Shown: one piece after another, positions 9,821 through 20,800 of the stretch | Layout of the letters: the number at the start of each line of letters is the position of its first letter | Numbering within the stretch: position 1 is the first letter of the stretch | Assembly (NCBI GenBank): GCA_017983445.1 | Contig: JAGOBJ010000001.1 | Coordinates: forward strand, 125,632 to 189,631 | DNA: 64,000 bases | Direction: 5' to 3' | From: Halomonas sp. | GTDB taxonomy: Bacteria; Pseudomonadota; Gammaproteobacteria; Pseudomonadales; Halomonadaceae | Made by a program: the position numbers and the translations under genes | The notes under the pieces: model-generated | Database searches by the model: none | What the model was told of the DNA's origin: nothing | What the model saw: the letters and a program-made list of their open reading frames with translations, nothing else

Positions 9821-10537
9821 ATGGAAAAGCGCCAAGAACTTTATGCCGGTAAGGCAAAATCTGTATATATCACCGATGATCCGGACCTGCTGGTGCTGCA
9901 GTTTCGTGATGACACCAGCGCTTTCGATGGTAAGAAGAAAGAAGCCTTGGCCCGTAAAGGGATGGTCAACAACATCTTCAATGCGTTTATCATGGAGCGC
10001 TTGCAAGAGGCCGGTATCCCTACGCATTTTGAAAAACAGCTCTCACCCAACGAGAGCCTTGTTAAAAAAATGCAGATGATTCCGGTCGAGTGCGTGGTCC
10101 GCAACATCGCCGCAGGTGGACTGGTAAAACGTCTGGGCATTGAAGAAGGCATCGCGCTTACGCCACCTACCTTTGAGTTGTTCTTGAAGAACGACGACAA
10201 AGGCGACCCGATGATCAACGAGTCGCTGGCCGAAACCTTTGGCTGGGCAACGCCTGAACAGCTGGCCAAGATGAAAACGCTGACTTTCAAGGTTAACCAT
10301 GTGCTAAAGCAGTTGTTTCATGAGGGCGATATGCTGCTAGTGGACTACAAGCTTGAATTCGGCGTGTTCAAAGGCGAAGTAGTACTGGGCGATGAGTTCT
10401 CTCCGGACGGCTGCCGCCTGTGGGATGCCAATACTCGCGAGAAGCTCGACAAAGACCGTTTCCGTCAAGGTTTGGGCGGTGTGATCGAAGCCTACGAAGA
10501 AGTAGGCCGCCGTCTGGGTATCACGTTTCCCGCCTGA
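9821..10537 (+). CDS. purC: SAICAR synthetase
   Basis: [54 protein letters not shown]. Confidence 0.97.
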   Translation: MEKRQELYAGKAKSVYITDDPDLLVLQFRDDTSAFDGKKKEALARKGMVNNIFNAFIMERLQEAGIPTHFEKQLSPNESLVKKMQMIPVECVVRNIAAGGLVKRLGIEEGIALTPPTFELFLKNDDKGDPMINESLAETFGWATPEQLAKMKTLTFKVNHVLKQLFHEGDMLLVDYKLEFGVFKGEVVLGDEFSPDGCRLWDANTREKLDKDRFRQGLGGVIEAYEEVGRRLGITFPA

Positions 10538-10546
10538 CATAGCCCA

Positions 10547-10650
10547 TTAACCTGGCACTAAATCGATAGCCACCACTTCTAACGTGGTGGCTTCGTCGTT
10601 TTGGTAGGCACGGAAGTTTACATTCATATCGCGCAGGCCATACAAGCGCC
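10547..10650 (-). pseudogene. Orphaned 3' fragment of trmO (left island boundary repeat)
   Basis: Minus-strand translation RLYGL--RDMNVNFRAYQNDEATTLEVVAIDLVPG* versus intact TrmO end RIYGLRLRDVDVKFRAYQNDEATTLEVVAINLITG*; 93/104 nt identical to 27376-27485 plus one 6-bp gap (manual alignment). Confidence 0.92.
10568..10602 (+). terminator. Probable purC terminator formed inside the trmO remnant
   Basis: AGCCACCAC-N7-GTGGTGGCT followed by TCGTCGTTTT, 30 bp after the purC stop. Confidence 0.5.
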
Positions 10651-10686
10651 TTGTTATTTCGCTTATCACTAGACTATAAGTGATTA

Positions 10687-11415
10687 TTAATTCAATGTTT
10701 TGCTGTTTTCTTCAATTGATCTTAATCGGTAGCCGTAGCCATAAACAGATACTAGATTCCAGCCGTGTTCAGCAGTAAGCAATAGTTTTTTTCTTATCCG
10801 ATGAATATGGACGTCAAGCGTTCGTGTATTAAGGTCGTTGTCGCGCCCCCACACATATTTGTATAAATAGGCACGAGAAAGAGGGCTATCAAGACGATTT
10901 AACAGAAGATAAGCAAGACGAAACTCTTGATGTGTGAGTGTAATATTCTGACCACTGATACATGCTGTTTCTTTCTGAGTATTAAGTTTTATACAGCCGA
11001 ACTCCAACTGATGGGCTTGATTTGTTGTGTAAGTAGTTTTTCGGCGCGAGGCTGCATAGGCACGAGCTGCTAATTCACGTGGTCGAAAGGGCTTGCTAAT
11101 GAAGTCGTCGGCACCTGCGTCCAACGCTTGAATAACATCAACCTCTTCCTGACGGTGAGTCACAATTACGACTGCCGGTAAAATCTTAAGATACCTCTTC
11201 ATCCAATCTAGTAAGTCGATGCCTGTACCATCAGGTAGATGCCAATCCAGAAGCACTAAATCAAACGTTTCACGACTCACGGTATGAATAAATGCCGCGC
11301 TGGTCTCAAATGCCGATATGTTTGATTGTATCCCTCTATTTATGAACCCTTCATAGAGCGCTTTTCGCATGCGTTCGAATATTACTTTTTCGTCCTCCAC
11401 AATTGCTATCCGCAT
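10687..11415 (-). CDS. OmpR/PhoB-family response regulator
   Basis: IVEDE, LLDWHLP (phospho-Asp), GADDFISKPF, winged helix RTLDVHIHRIRKKL...SVYGYGYRL. Confidence 0.93.
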   Translation of the reverse strand: MRIAIVEDEKVIFERMRKALYEGFINRGIQSNISAFETSAAFIHTVSRETFDLVLLDWHLPDGTGIDLLDWMKRYLKILPAVVIVTHRQEEVDVIQALDAGADDFISKPFRPRELAARAYAASRRKTTYTTNQAHQLEFGCIKLNTQKETACISGQNITLTHQEFRLAYLLLNRLDSPLSRAYLYKYVWGRDNDLNTRTLDVHIHRIRKKLLLTAEHGWNLVSVYGYGYRLRSIEENSKTLN

Positions 11416-11596
11416 AACTTCCCCTTGAATAGTCTCAATTTTATTTTTCTGAATGCTTCACCATATTTTGAAAAACAAAAGTTTAATTAATTATTTTTCA
11501 GTGAAATCTATAAGTTCTATCGCTTAAAAATCGATTAATTGATTCAAGCAGTAGTTGGTTTGATTTTATCTCAGTACATAAATTATGGCAGCAAGC

Positions 11597-11622
11597 GTTA
11601 ACAATTGTTAACTAATGTTGAG
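11597..11622. promoter_or_regulatory. Candidate response-regulator operator (three half-sites, 10-bp period)
   Basis: GTTAAC-AATT-GTTAAC-TAAT-GTTGAG in the divergent intergenic region; first 16 bp are a perfect palindrome. Confidence 0.45.
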
Positions 11623-11861
11623 ATGCGTGGCACGAAAGAACGAGAATGCCTCGACCAATGCTTATACCTAAAAAAAGATTGGTTAATGCCACCTCTAGGG
11701 AGTGGCAAGAAGTATATGGGAGCCGGTCGCCTGCCTTCTCCAGTGATAGCTCTTTTTGCCTCACTCATCTTGACGCTGCTCAGAGCTTGGGTGCTGTACC
11801 GCAAGTGAGCGTGAAGGATGTGTAAAGCGTTTCGACTAAATGATAAGTGGAAGGATATACA

Positions 11862-14800
11862 ATGAATAAAGTATTTCGCTTGATCTGGAATAGCTCCCTT
11901 GGACGCTTGGTGGTGGCATCCGAAATGGCTCGCGCCAGCCAAAAAGCAACCGGCTCCTCTGGTGTCGTAGGTGGGGCAGCGTTAGTTCCGATTTCTTGTC
12001 ATATAGTCCGAAAAGCTTTTCGTCTCTTGCCATTGACACTGGCCATGATACTGACAGGCGGCGCTGCATATGCTCAAACTAGCGTCTTGGCAGGTAGTAA
12101 CATTCTTGTTACTCCCGATAACGCAACCAACCCCACTGCTTACACAATTTCGACCGAAGATGATGTTACGTTCAATAATGTTTCTACTAACGAACTAACC
12201 GTCAGTAGCACAGCAATTCTCAGTGCTTTGCAGGTCACTGGAGCCACCACGTTAACTGGTGGCTTAGTCATGAGTAATAGCCAGATCACCGGTTTGGCGA
12301 ATGCCACTGCTAACGATCACGCCGTTAATTTAGGCCAGTTGAATGCGGTGAGTAACGCGGCTAATGCAGGTTGGAATATTAGTGCTGGCGGCGGTAGCTC
12401 TGAAAACGTTGCGCCAGGTGACTCCGTTGACTTCAGCGGCGACAGCAATATCAATGTTAGTCGCACAGGTACTAACCTTACCTTTAGTTTAGCCGACGAA
12501 ATCAATGTCGACCGTATTACGGCGGGTAGTGCTGCTTTCGGTAGCGACGGTTTGACTATTACTGGTGGACCAAGTGTAACGTCAGAAGGCATTGATGCAG
12601 GCGGTAGCACTATCACTAATCTTGGAACTGGTTTAATCGGAGAGGGTAGCCGGGACGCTGTAACCGGTGGACAGGTTTTTACCTATTTTGTCGAGGAAGG
12701 TCTCGGTGGAGGCATAAGATATTTCCGCGCAAATTCCGTTTTACCTGATTCAAGTGCAGAGGGATTGGACTCTATTGCGATTGGCCCTGAGGCAACGACC
12801 ACTGAATTTGGCGAAAGCGCTATTGCGATGGGACAAGGTGCCAAAGCCGGTGGCGAAAACGAGGGGGGGCAAGGGGCTATTGCCATCGGCCGTGGTAGCG
12901 AAGCGCAAGGTAACAGCACTATAGCGCTAGGCGATGGCGCGCAAGTCACTGGAACTCAGGATAATGGCTTTAGTGCTGGCGCCAACGCGATTGGTTTCGA
13001 CTCCCTGGCCAGTGCTGGCAATGCAATGGCTTTGGGTTCTAGCTCTATAGCGTCTGGTGTCGGTAGCCTTGCTGCTGGCTATGAGGCTGAAGCAGCAGCA
13101 GACAACGCGCTAGCGGCAGGTACAGGTGCCTATGCAGGTACCGAACGTGGGATTGCATTAGGCAGTGGGGCTGGTGTTGGTACCGAAGGCACCACAGCTA
13201 GAGATCGCACTGACCATATTGCAGTTGGTACTAATGCTGGTACTGGGGTGACCGGCAACCAGACTACCGCAATTGGATACGGAGCTGGTCAAAATGTAAT
13301 CGGTGATAATAATCTCGCATTTGGTACCGAAGCTGGACGAGGCTTGGTCGGTGATCACAATATTTCTATTGGTGCCCAGGCTAATAATGGAGCTGGAAAT
13401 CGCGCGCAATCTATTGCTATTGGTGATAACTCGGGGGCTGGTACTAACTCGGTAGCATTGGGTAGCGGTGCTCAGGCTGAGGGCGATGAGACACTGGCTC
13501 TAGGCAAGGATGCAAGCGCAGGAGTCAATGGTGTTGCATTAGGCGCTCTGGCAGTGGCTGAGGGAAGCAATATTGCACTGGGGCGTAATTCGCAGGCATT
13601 AGGTGTTGATGCAAGTGGTAGAGGCTACTTAACCGGTGAACCTGTCCCTGTTTCGGTGGTGTCAGTGGGAAGCTCGGCGCCTGGAGGAGAATTCCAGCGC
13701 CGCATAGTTAACGTCGCGGATGGCTCTCTGCGATACGATGCAGTCAACGTAGGACAGCTTCAAAGCTCCCAGCGCTCCATAACGCCGCTTATAGGAGGAG
13801 GCGTCGTTTTCAACCCGGATACGGGTACGTTCAGCACTATTACAATCGACGACATAGAATACAGTAGTGTTGCTGACGCTATTAGAGGTGCTGCTAATGG
13901 ACAAATTGATTCTGCTGCGCTACCTGCAGATGTCGTTCGTTATCAAGGGGCGGGCGATAACCGCCGGATCTCAAATGTAGGACAAGGTCAAGCTGATACG
14001 GACGCAGTGAATGTTGGCCAGTTGAACGAAGCAATTTCAGACAATGGCATTAGGTACTTCCATGCTAACACCACTGTTGATGCAAACAGGCAAAATGATG
14101 GTGCTAGCGGAGCTAACTCTATGGCTATTGGGCCCGCTGCCGTTTCTGGAGGAGCCTCAGCACTCGCTATAGGTCATATTGCCGTGGTCGACTCAGGTGC
14201 CAGTAGCGGTATCGCTATTGGCCATAATGTTAATGCTAAAGCAGTAAATTCAACTGCGTTAGGAAGTAATGGTACTGTCGCCTACGGCCAAGGGGGAGTT
14301 GCGATAGGGCAGCAGGCCATCAGTCAAGGACAAAATTCGATTGTCATAGGAACAGATGCCCAGGCTGATCCTCAATCTGGCGGAACGGTTAATAACGCTA
14401 TTGTGATGGGTACCGATGCTGAAGCCACTGCCGATAATGGAATGGCTATCGGCGAGAATGCATTAGCTGCCGCAGACAGTGCGGTAGCTCATGGCTTTGG
14501 TGCGGAGGCCCTAGCAGTCGACTCGCAAGCATTCGGCACCAATGCCACAACTAGTGGCGTGAGCTCCCAGGCGAGAGGCACTAGTGCTAACGCTAGCGGT
14601 ACCAATGCTCAGGCGAGTGGTACCAATGCTAATGCAAGCGGCACCAGTGCGATTGCCAGCGGTACCAACGCAGAAGGTTTGGCCGCCCACGGTATTGCCA
14701 TGGGAACCGGTGCGATTTCTGGATTTGAGCCTTTAACGACTGAAGAAGCTGCTCGTAATCGTGGCAGCATCGCGATTGGCGATCGCTCGGTTGCCAACGA

Positions 14801-17800
14801 TCGCAACGCTTTGGCGTTGGGTGTGCTGACCCGAGCCGAAGCTGAGTCTGCTATTGCCGTAGGTGATAGAGCCGTAGCTTCTGCCAACAATGCATTGGCG
14901 GTCGGTGTAAATTCGCAGGCGAATGCTCTAAACGCGTCGACATTTGGTTTTAATTCACGAGCGGAGGCGCAAAACGCATCAGCGTTTGGTCAAAATGCGC
15001 AAGCGGCAGCTATCGATTCATTGGCTGTAGGCCCTGGTGCTCGCGCTACCGCCGTAGACTCTTCTGCTTTTGGCCGTGGCGCAGAAGCGGTCCATACACG
15101 CTCTGTAGCATTGGGCGATGGGGCAAGAACTGAAGCAGCCTTTAACACAACGGGCGCAACAATTGATCGAGTTCCGTACACGTATGCTGGCACCACTCCT
15201 ATCGCAACCGTCAGCGTAGGGACCTTGGAAGGTGACAAGCGTACGATTACAAACGTTGCAGCCGGACGTGTGAGCGATATAAGTACTGATGCCATCAATG
15301 GCAGTCAGCTATTCCGCACTAACCAAGCCGTCACATCGCTAGGCAATAATCTGGATACTGCAGGTCAAAGTGTTGCAAATTCCCTTGGCGGTACCTCTAC
15401 CTATAATGCCAATAACCATACGGTTTCGGCCAACCTATCTGTGCGTGGTAACAACTACACAAACGTGCAAGACGCGATTCAGTACGCCGCTCAAGGTTGG
15501 AATGTAAGCGCCAATGGAGCCGCATCGCAGAACATTGCGCCGAATGGTTCGGTCGATTTCAATAATACCGATGACAACATTGCGATTAGCCGTAGTGGGT
15601 CCAATCTGACATTCAATCTGGCTAATAACGTAGAGGTCGGTAATAGCGTTACGGTTGGTGATACCGTTATTAATGGTGACAACGTTACCTCTGATAGCTT
15701 GACGATTGGCGGCTCTACCTTTGTTGTTGATGGTGGCAACGCCACTTATAACGGTAACGAGTTGGCTACTCAGGCAGATGGCTTAAGCTTTGCCGGCAAT
15801 ACCGGTGGCACTATCACCAAAGCCTTGAGCGATACTGCGCCGCTGACCATCTCCGGTGAGCTGGATGCAGGCGATGCAGCTACTGGTGCAAATATGCGCG
15901 TCAGTAGCGATGGCAATCAGTTAAATCTGCTAATGGCGCGCAACTTGGCCGACCTGGACAGTATCACCATCAATAACGGCGGCCCGGTGATCAACGGCGG
16001 CGGTATCGATATGAACGATACCCAGATTGTAGGATTGGCGGATGGCACAGCAGATGATCATGCGGTCAATCTGGGGCAGCTCAATGATCTTGCCGACACG
16101 CCGCTAACGTTTGGAGCCAATCAAGGCCCTGACTCCGAACGCCGTCTGGGCCAGCGCCTGGATATCGTTGGAGAAGAGGATGCTGACGGTAACAGCAATA
16201 TCATCACCACGCTGACCGGTGAGGAAACGCTGGCACTGGCACTGAACGACGACCTTACCATCGGTAATAGCATCACCATTGGCAATACGTTCATTGACGG
16301 TGACAGCGTTACTACCAATAGCGTCACTGTAAACGAAGACCTGAGTGTAGGGGGTGATACTTATCTGGGTGATAGCTTCTCGGTGGTAAACAATGAGGCG
16401 ACTTACACAGGCCCTATCACTAACGATAACTCTGTTGTTAACAAACAGTACGTCGATGGCATAGAAACTCATTACTACAGCGTCAATGATGGAGACACCC
16501 CGCGTGGTAACTATGCCAATGACGGGGCTACAGGACTTACATCACTTGCGGCCGGTGTTGATGCGTCAGCCTCAGCGCTACGTAGCACTGCGCTGGGTTA
16601 CAGCAGTAATGCTGCGGGTATCGATAGTATTGCGGTTGGCGACAGTTTGGCGAGTGGCCGAAATACCATAGCCATTGGTAATGGTGCACAGACTGATGGC
16701 GCGAACACTGAGGGCGTGTTCGAGGGTGCTGTTGCCATTGGCTACAATGCCAAATCAGATGGATTTCTTGCCACTGCGGTTGGGTCTCGGGCCCAGGCAG
16801 TCGGTACAGGTTCTATTGCGATAGGTGACTCAGCCACAACCGCTAATGCAGACGCTACCAATGCTGAAAGTATAGCCATTGGCGCATCAAGCCAAGCAAC
16901 TGGAGACCAGTCAGTTGCACTGGGTGCAAACGTCGTTGCCTCTGGTAACTCATCAACAGCAGTTGGTGGGGATGATATTGATAAAATTGCAAATAATACA
17001 GAACAAGCGGATCAGTACACTGCTATTACTGGTGGAACAATTATTCCTACGCAGTATATATCAACAACTGCTTCTGGCGCTGGTTCCTCAGCATTCGGGG
17101 TAGCGTCAGTTGCGTCTGGGAATTTCTCAAGTTCCATTGGGATGATGTCATCAGCTACGGGTGCTGCGTCAGTCGCATTAGGTGTTAACTCTAACGCTGA
17201 AGGGCAAGGTGCACTAGCAATTGGTGCGGTTTCTACTGCTTCGAATTCAGGTTCTGTTGCAGTAGGTATTAACTCAAGATCAGCCGGTGAAAACGCCATC
17301 GCCATTGGCTCTGGTAACACTGCTACTACTGGCGCAAATTCAACTGGCACAAATTCGGTGGCTATTGGAGCAGGTGCCAATGCCAGTGTGGCTAACTCTG
17401 TTGCACTTGGAGCGGGCTCTATAGCCAACGGCACTACAAGCACGACCGCTTATCAGCCATTAGATGCCGATGGCAATCCGATTGCCGTAGCCGCCCCGAC
17501 AGCGACAAGCGAAGTTTCGGTGGGCTCTTCCGGTAACGAGCGCCGTATCACCAATGTCGCGGCGGGGGCATTAGATACCGATGCGGTCAACGTTAGCCAG
17601 TTGAAAGCGGTTAATGAAGTTGCGAATACTCCGCTGACGTTTGGAGCCAATCAAGGCCCTGACTCCGAGCGCCGCCTGGGCCAGCGTCTGGATATCGTTG
17701 GAGAAGAGGATACTGAAGGTAACAGCAATATCATCACCACGCTGACCGATGAGGAAACGCTGACACTGGCACTGAACGATGACCTTACCATCAATAATAG

Positions 17801-20800
17801 CATCACCGTTGGTGATACGTTCATGGATGGCGACAGCGTTACCACCAATAACCTGACGGTGACGGGCGAAACCCGTCTGGGTGACAACTTTGTCGTGAAC
17901 AATGACGGCAACGTCACCTACGAAGGCGCTATCACCGATGGGAACCATATCGTCAATAAAGACTACGTCGATGGGGCGGGTGACGACCTGATCGCACAAG
18001 GTATGAACTTCGCCGGTAATGACGGCCAGGTGATCCATAAGGACCTGGGCGAACAGCTGAACGTGGTCGGCGGCATGACTGACATGACAGAAGGTGCAGC
18101 GTCTGCCGAGAACCTGCGCACGGTCATGAACGACGATGACGAACTCGAAATCCAGTTGTCCCGCAACCTGACCGACCTGGAAAGTGTGGAATCGACCACG
18201 GTGAACGTGACCGAAGAATTGACGGTGGCGGGTAACACCACCATCAACGACGCCGGTACCACCACCAATAACCTGACGGTGACGGGCGAGACCCGCCTGG
18301 GTGACAACTTCTTCGTGAACAATGACGGCAACGTCACCTACGAAGGCGCTATCACCGACGGCAACCACATCGTCAATAAAGACTACGTCGATGGGGCGGG
18401 TGACGACCTGATCGCACAGGGTATGAATTTCGCCGGTAACGACGGCCAGGTGATCCATAAGGACCTGGGTGAACAGCTGAACGTGGTCGGTGGCATGACC
18501 GACATGACAGAAGACGCAGCGTCTGCCGAAAACCTGCGCACGGTCATGAACGACGATGGCGAGCTCGAACTCCAGCTGTCCCGCAACCTGACCGATCTGG
18601 AAAGTGTGGAATCGACCACGGTGAACGTGACCGAAGAACTGACGGTGGCGGGTAATAGCACCATCAATGAAGGCGGCACGACCACCAATAACCTGACGGT
18701 GACGGGCGAGACCCGCCTGGGTGACAACTTCTTCGTGAACAATGACGGCAACGTCACCTACGAAGGCGCTATCACCGACGGCAACCACATCGTCAATAAA
18801 GACTACGTCGATGGGGCGGGTGACGACCTGATCGCACAGGGTATGAACTTCGCCGGTAATGACGGCCAGGTGATCCATAAGGACCTGGGCGAACAGCTGA
18901 ACGTGGTCGGCGGCATGACCGACATGACAGAAGGTGCAGCCTCTGCCGAGAACCTGCGCACGGTCATGAACGACGATGACGAACTCGAAATCCAGTTGTC
19001 CCGCAACCTGACCGACCTGGAAAGCGTGGAATCGACCACGGTAAACGTGACCGAAGAATTGACGGTGGCGGGTAATACCACGATCAATGAAGGCGGCACG
19101 ACCACCAACAACCTGACGGTCACGGGCGAGACCCGCCTGGGTGACAACTTCGTCGTGAACAACGGGGGCAACGTCACCTACGAGGGCGATATCACCGATG
19201 GGAACCACATCACCAACAAACAGTACGTCGATAACTCCGTGGGTGGCTTGGCTGATACGCCGCTGACCTTCGGTGCTGACGAGGGCACTGACTCCGAGCG
19301 CCGCTTGGGTGATCGTCTGGATATCGTTGGCGAAGCGGATGCAGATGGTAACCGCAATATCGTCACCAAACTGACCAGCAACTCAACACTGGAACTGGCG
19401 TTGAACGATGATCTTATCATCGGCAACAGTATCTCTGTAGGCGATGGCCCTGTGATCAGTGGTGGAGGTATCAATATGAGCGATACCAAGATCACGAATC
19501 TGATCGCAGGTGAAGTGTCTGACGATAGCCAGGATGCCATCAATGGTTCTCAGCTCTATGCCACCAATCAATGGATCGAAAACCTGCAGGGTAACTTCGT
19601 TAACATTGTGGGTGATAGCAGCAATGCATACATCACCAACAACGGGCGTGGCATCCGCTATGTTCGTACCAACGATAGCGGCTTGGACGTAAGTGATGCG
19701 TTTGCTCAAGGCTTAGGCTCAACGGCACTTGGTTACGAAGCAAGCGCGACCGCTGATCAGGCGTTGGCGATGGGCTATGAAGCGGTCGCTGCTCATCAAG
19801 GCAGCGTAGCGCTCGGAGCCGGAGCACAAACTTCTGCAGCGGTAGGCACGGCATCTATCGAGATTGCAGGCCAAACCTATCAGTTCGCAGGCATTAATCC
19901 GGTGGCAACCGTCAGTGTTGGCAGTGTAGGAGCAGAACGCACTATTACCAATGTGGCTGCCGGGCGCATTTCAGCTTCAAGCACCGATGCGGTAAACGGC
20001 AGTCAACTGCACGCCACGAACCAGGCGGTTGGTGATCTTGATAACCGTGTCACGACGGTTGAGGGTGATATCAACAACATCAATAACGATCTAGCTGATC
20101 TAGATAGCCGTGCGGTGAAGTATGACCGCAACGACGACGGTAGCGTTGATTACACCACAATCACACTAGAAGGCGAAGGTGGCACAACGATTACCAATGT
20201 TGCAGCGGGAGATATCACCGAGAACAGCATGGATGCGGTCAACGGTAGCCAACTCTGGGATGTGCAAAACCAGATTACCAATATTGAGCAAGGCGGCTCG
20301 AAATACTTCCGTGCCAATAGTAATGGCCCTGCCGCGAGTTCCCAGGGAACTGACAGTATTGCTATGGGGCCGAGTAGCGTAGCCGAAGGTGAACGTAGTG
20401 TTGCCTCTGGTGCTGGCTCACGTGCTGAAGCAGACGGTAGTGTCGCATTGGGCGCTGATTCAGTAGCTGACCGCGAAGGTATGAATGGCAAGCGTGAGCG
20501 CTTCTCTAATGAAGAGGTTGCCTCAACACAGGGCGCGGTATCGGTAGGTAGTGCTGGTAACGAGCGTCAAATTACCAATGTGGCCGGTGGTACTCAAGAT
20601 ACCGATGCTGTGAATGTTCGCCAGCTTGATGCCGTACAGCGTGGTGCAGCGAACTATGATCGGGACGAAAATGGCAACGTCGACTACGGCACGATCACGC
20701 TGCGAGGTGAGGAAGGAACCACGATCACCAATCTCGCGCCGGGTGTAAATGCTAGCGACGCGGTCAATGTAGGCCAAATGAACGATCTTGGCCGTCGTTT

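Noticed and set aside
11650-11860. c-di-GMP riboswitch in the adhesin leader
   Set aside because: I could not find the GEMM hallmarks (GNRA tetraloop with receptor, GGCAAA and CGCAAAG segments); an Rfam scan would be decisive.
14570-14675. 7-aa GTNA/ASG micro-repeat in the adhesin
   Set aside because: Degenerate half-period YadA head repeats; synonymous divergence argues against an active VNTR.
17571-19208. 545-aa antisense ORF across the adhesin repeats
   Set aside because: Shadow of biased codon usage in a repeated sense-strand gene; no RBS or recognisable fold, and it repeats with the same 420-bp period.
17841-19232. Repeat array as CRISPR or mobile element
   Set aside because: Units are 420 bp, in frame within a CDS, with no unique spacers, cas genes or terminal inverted repeats.
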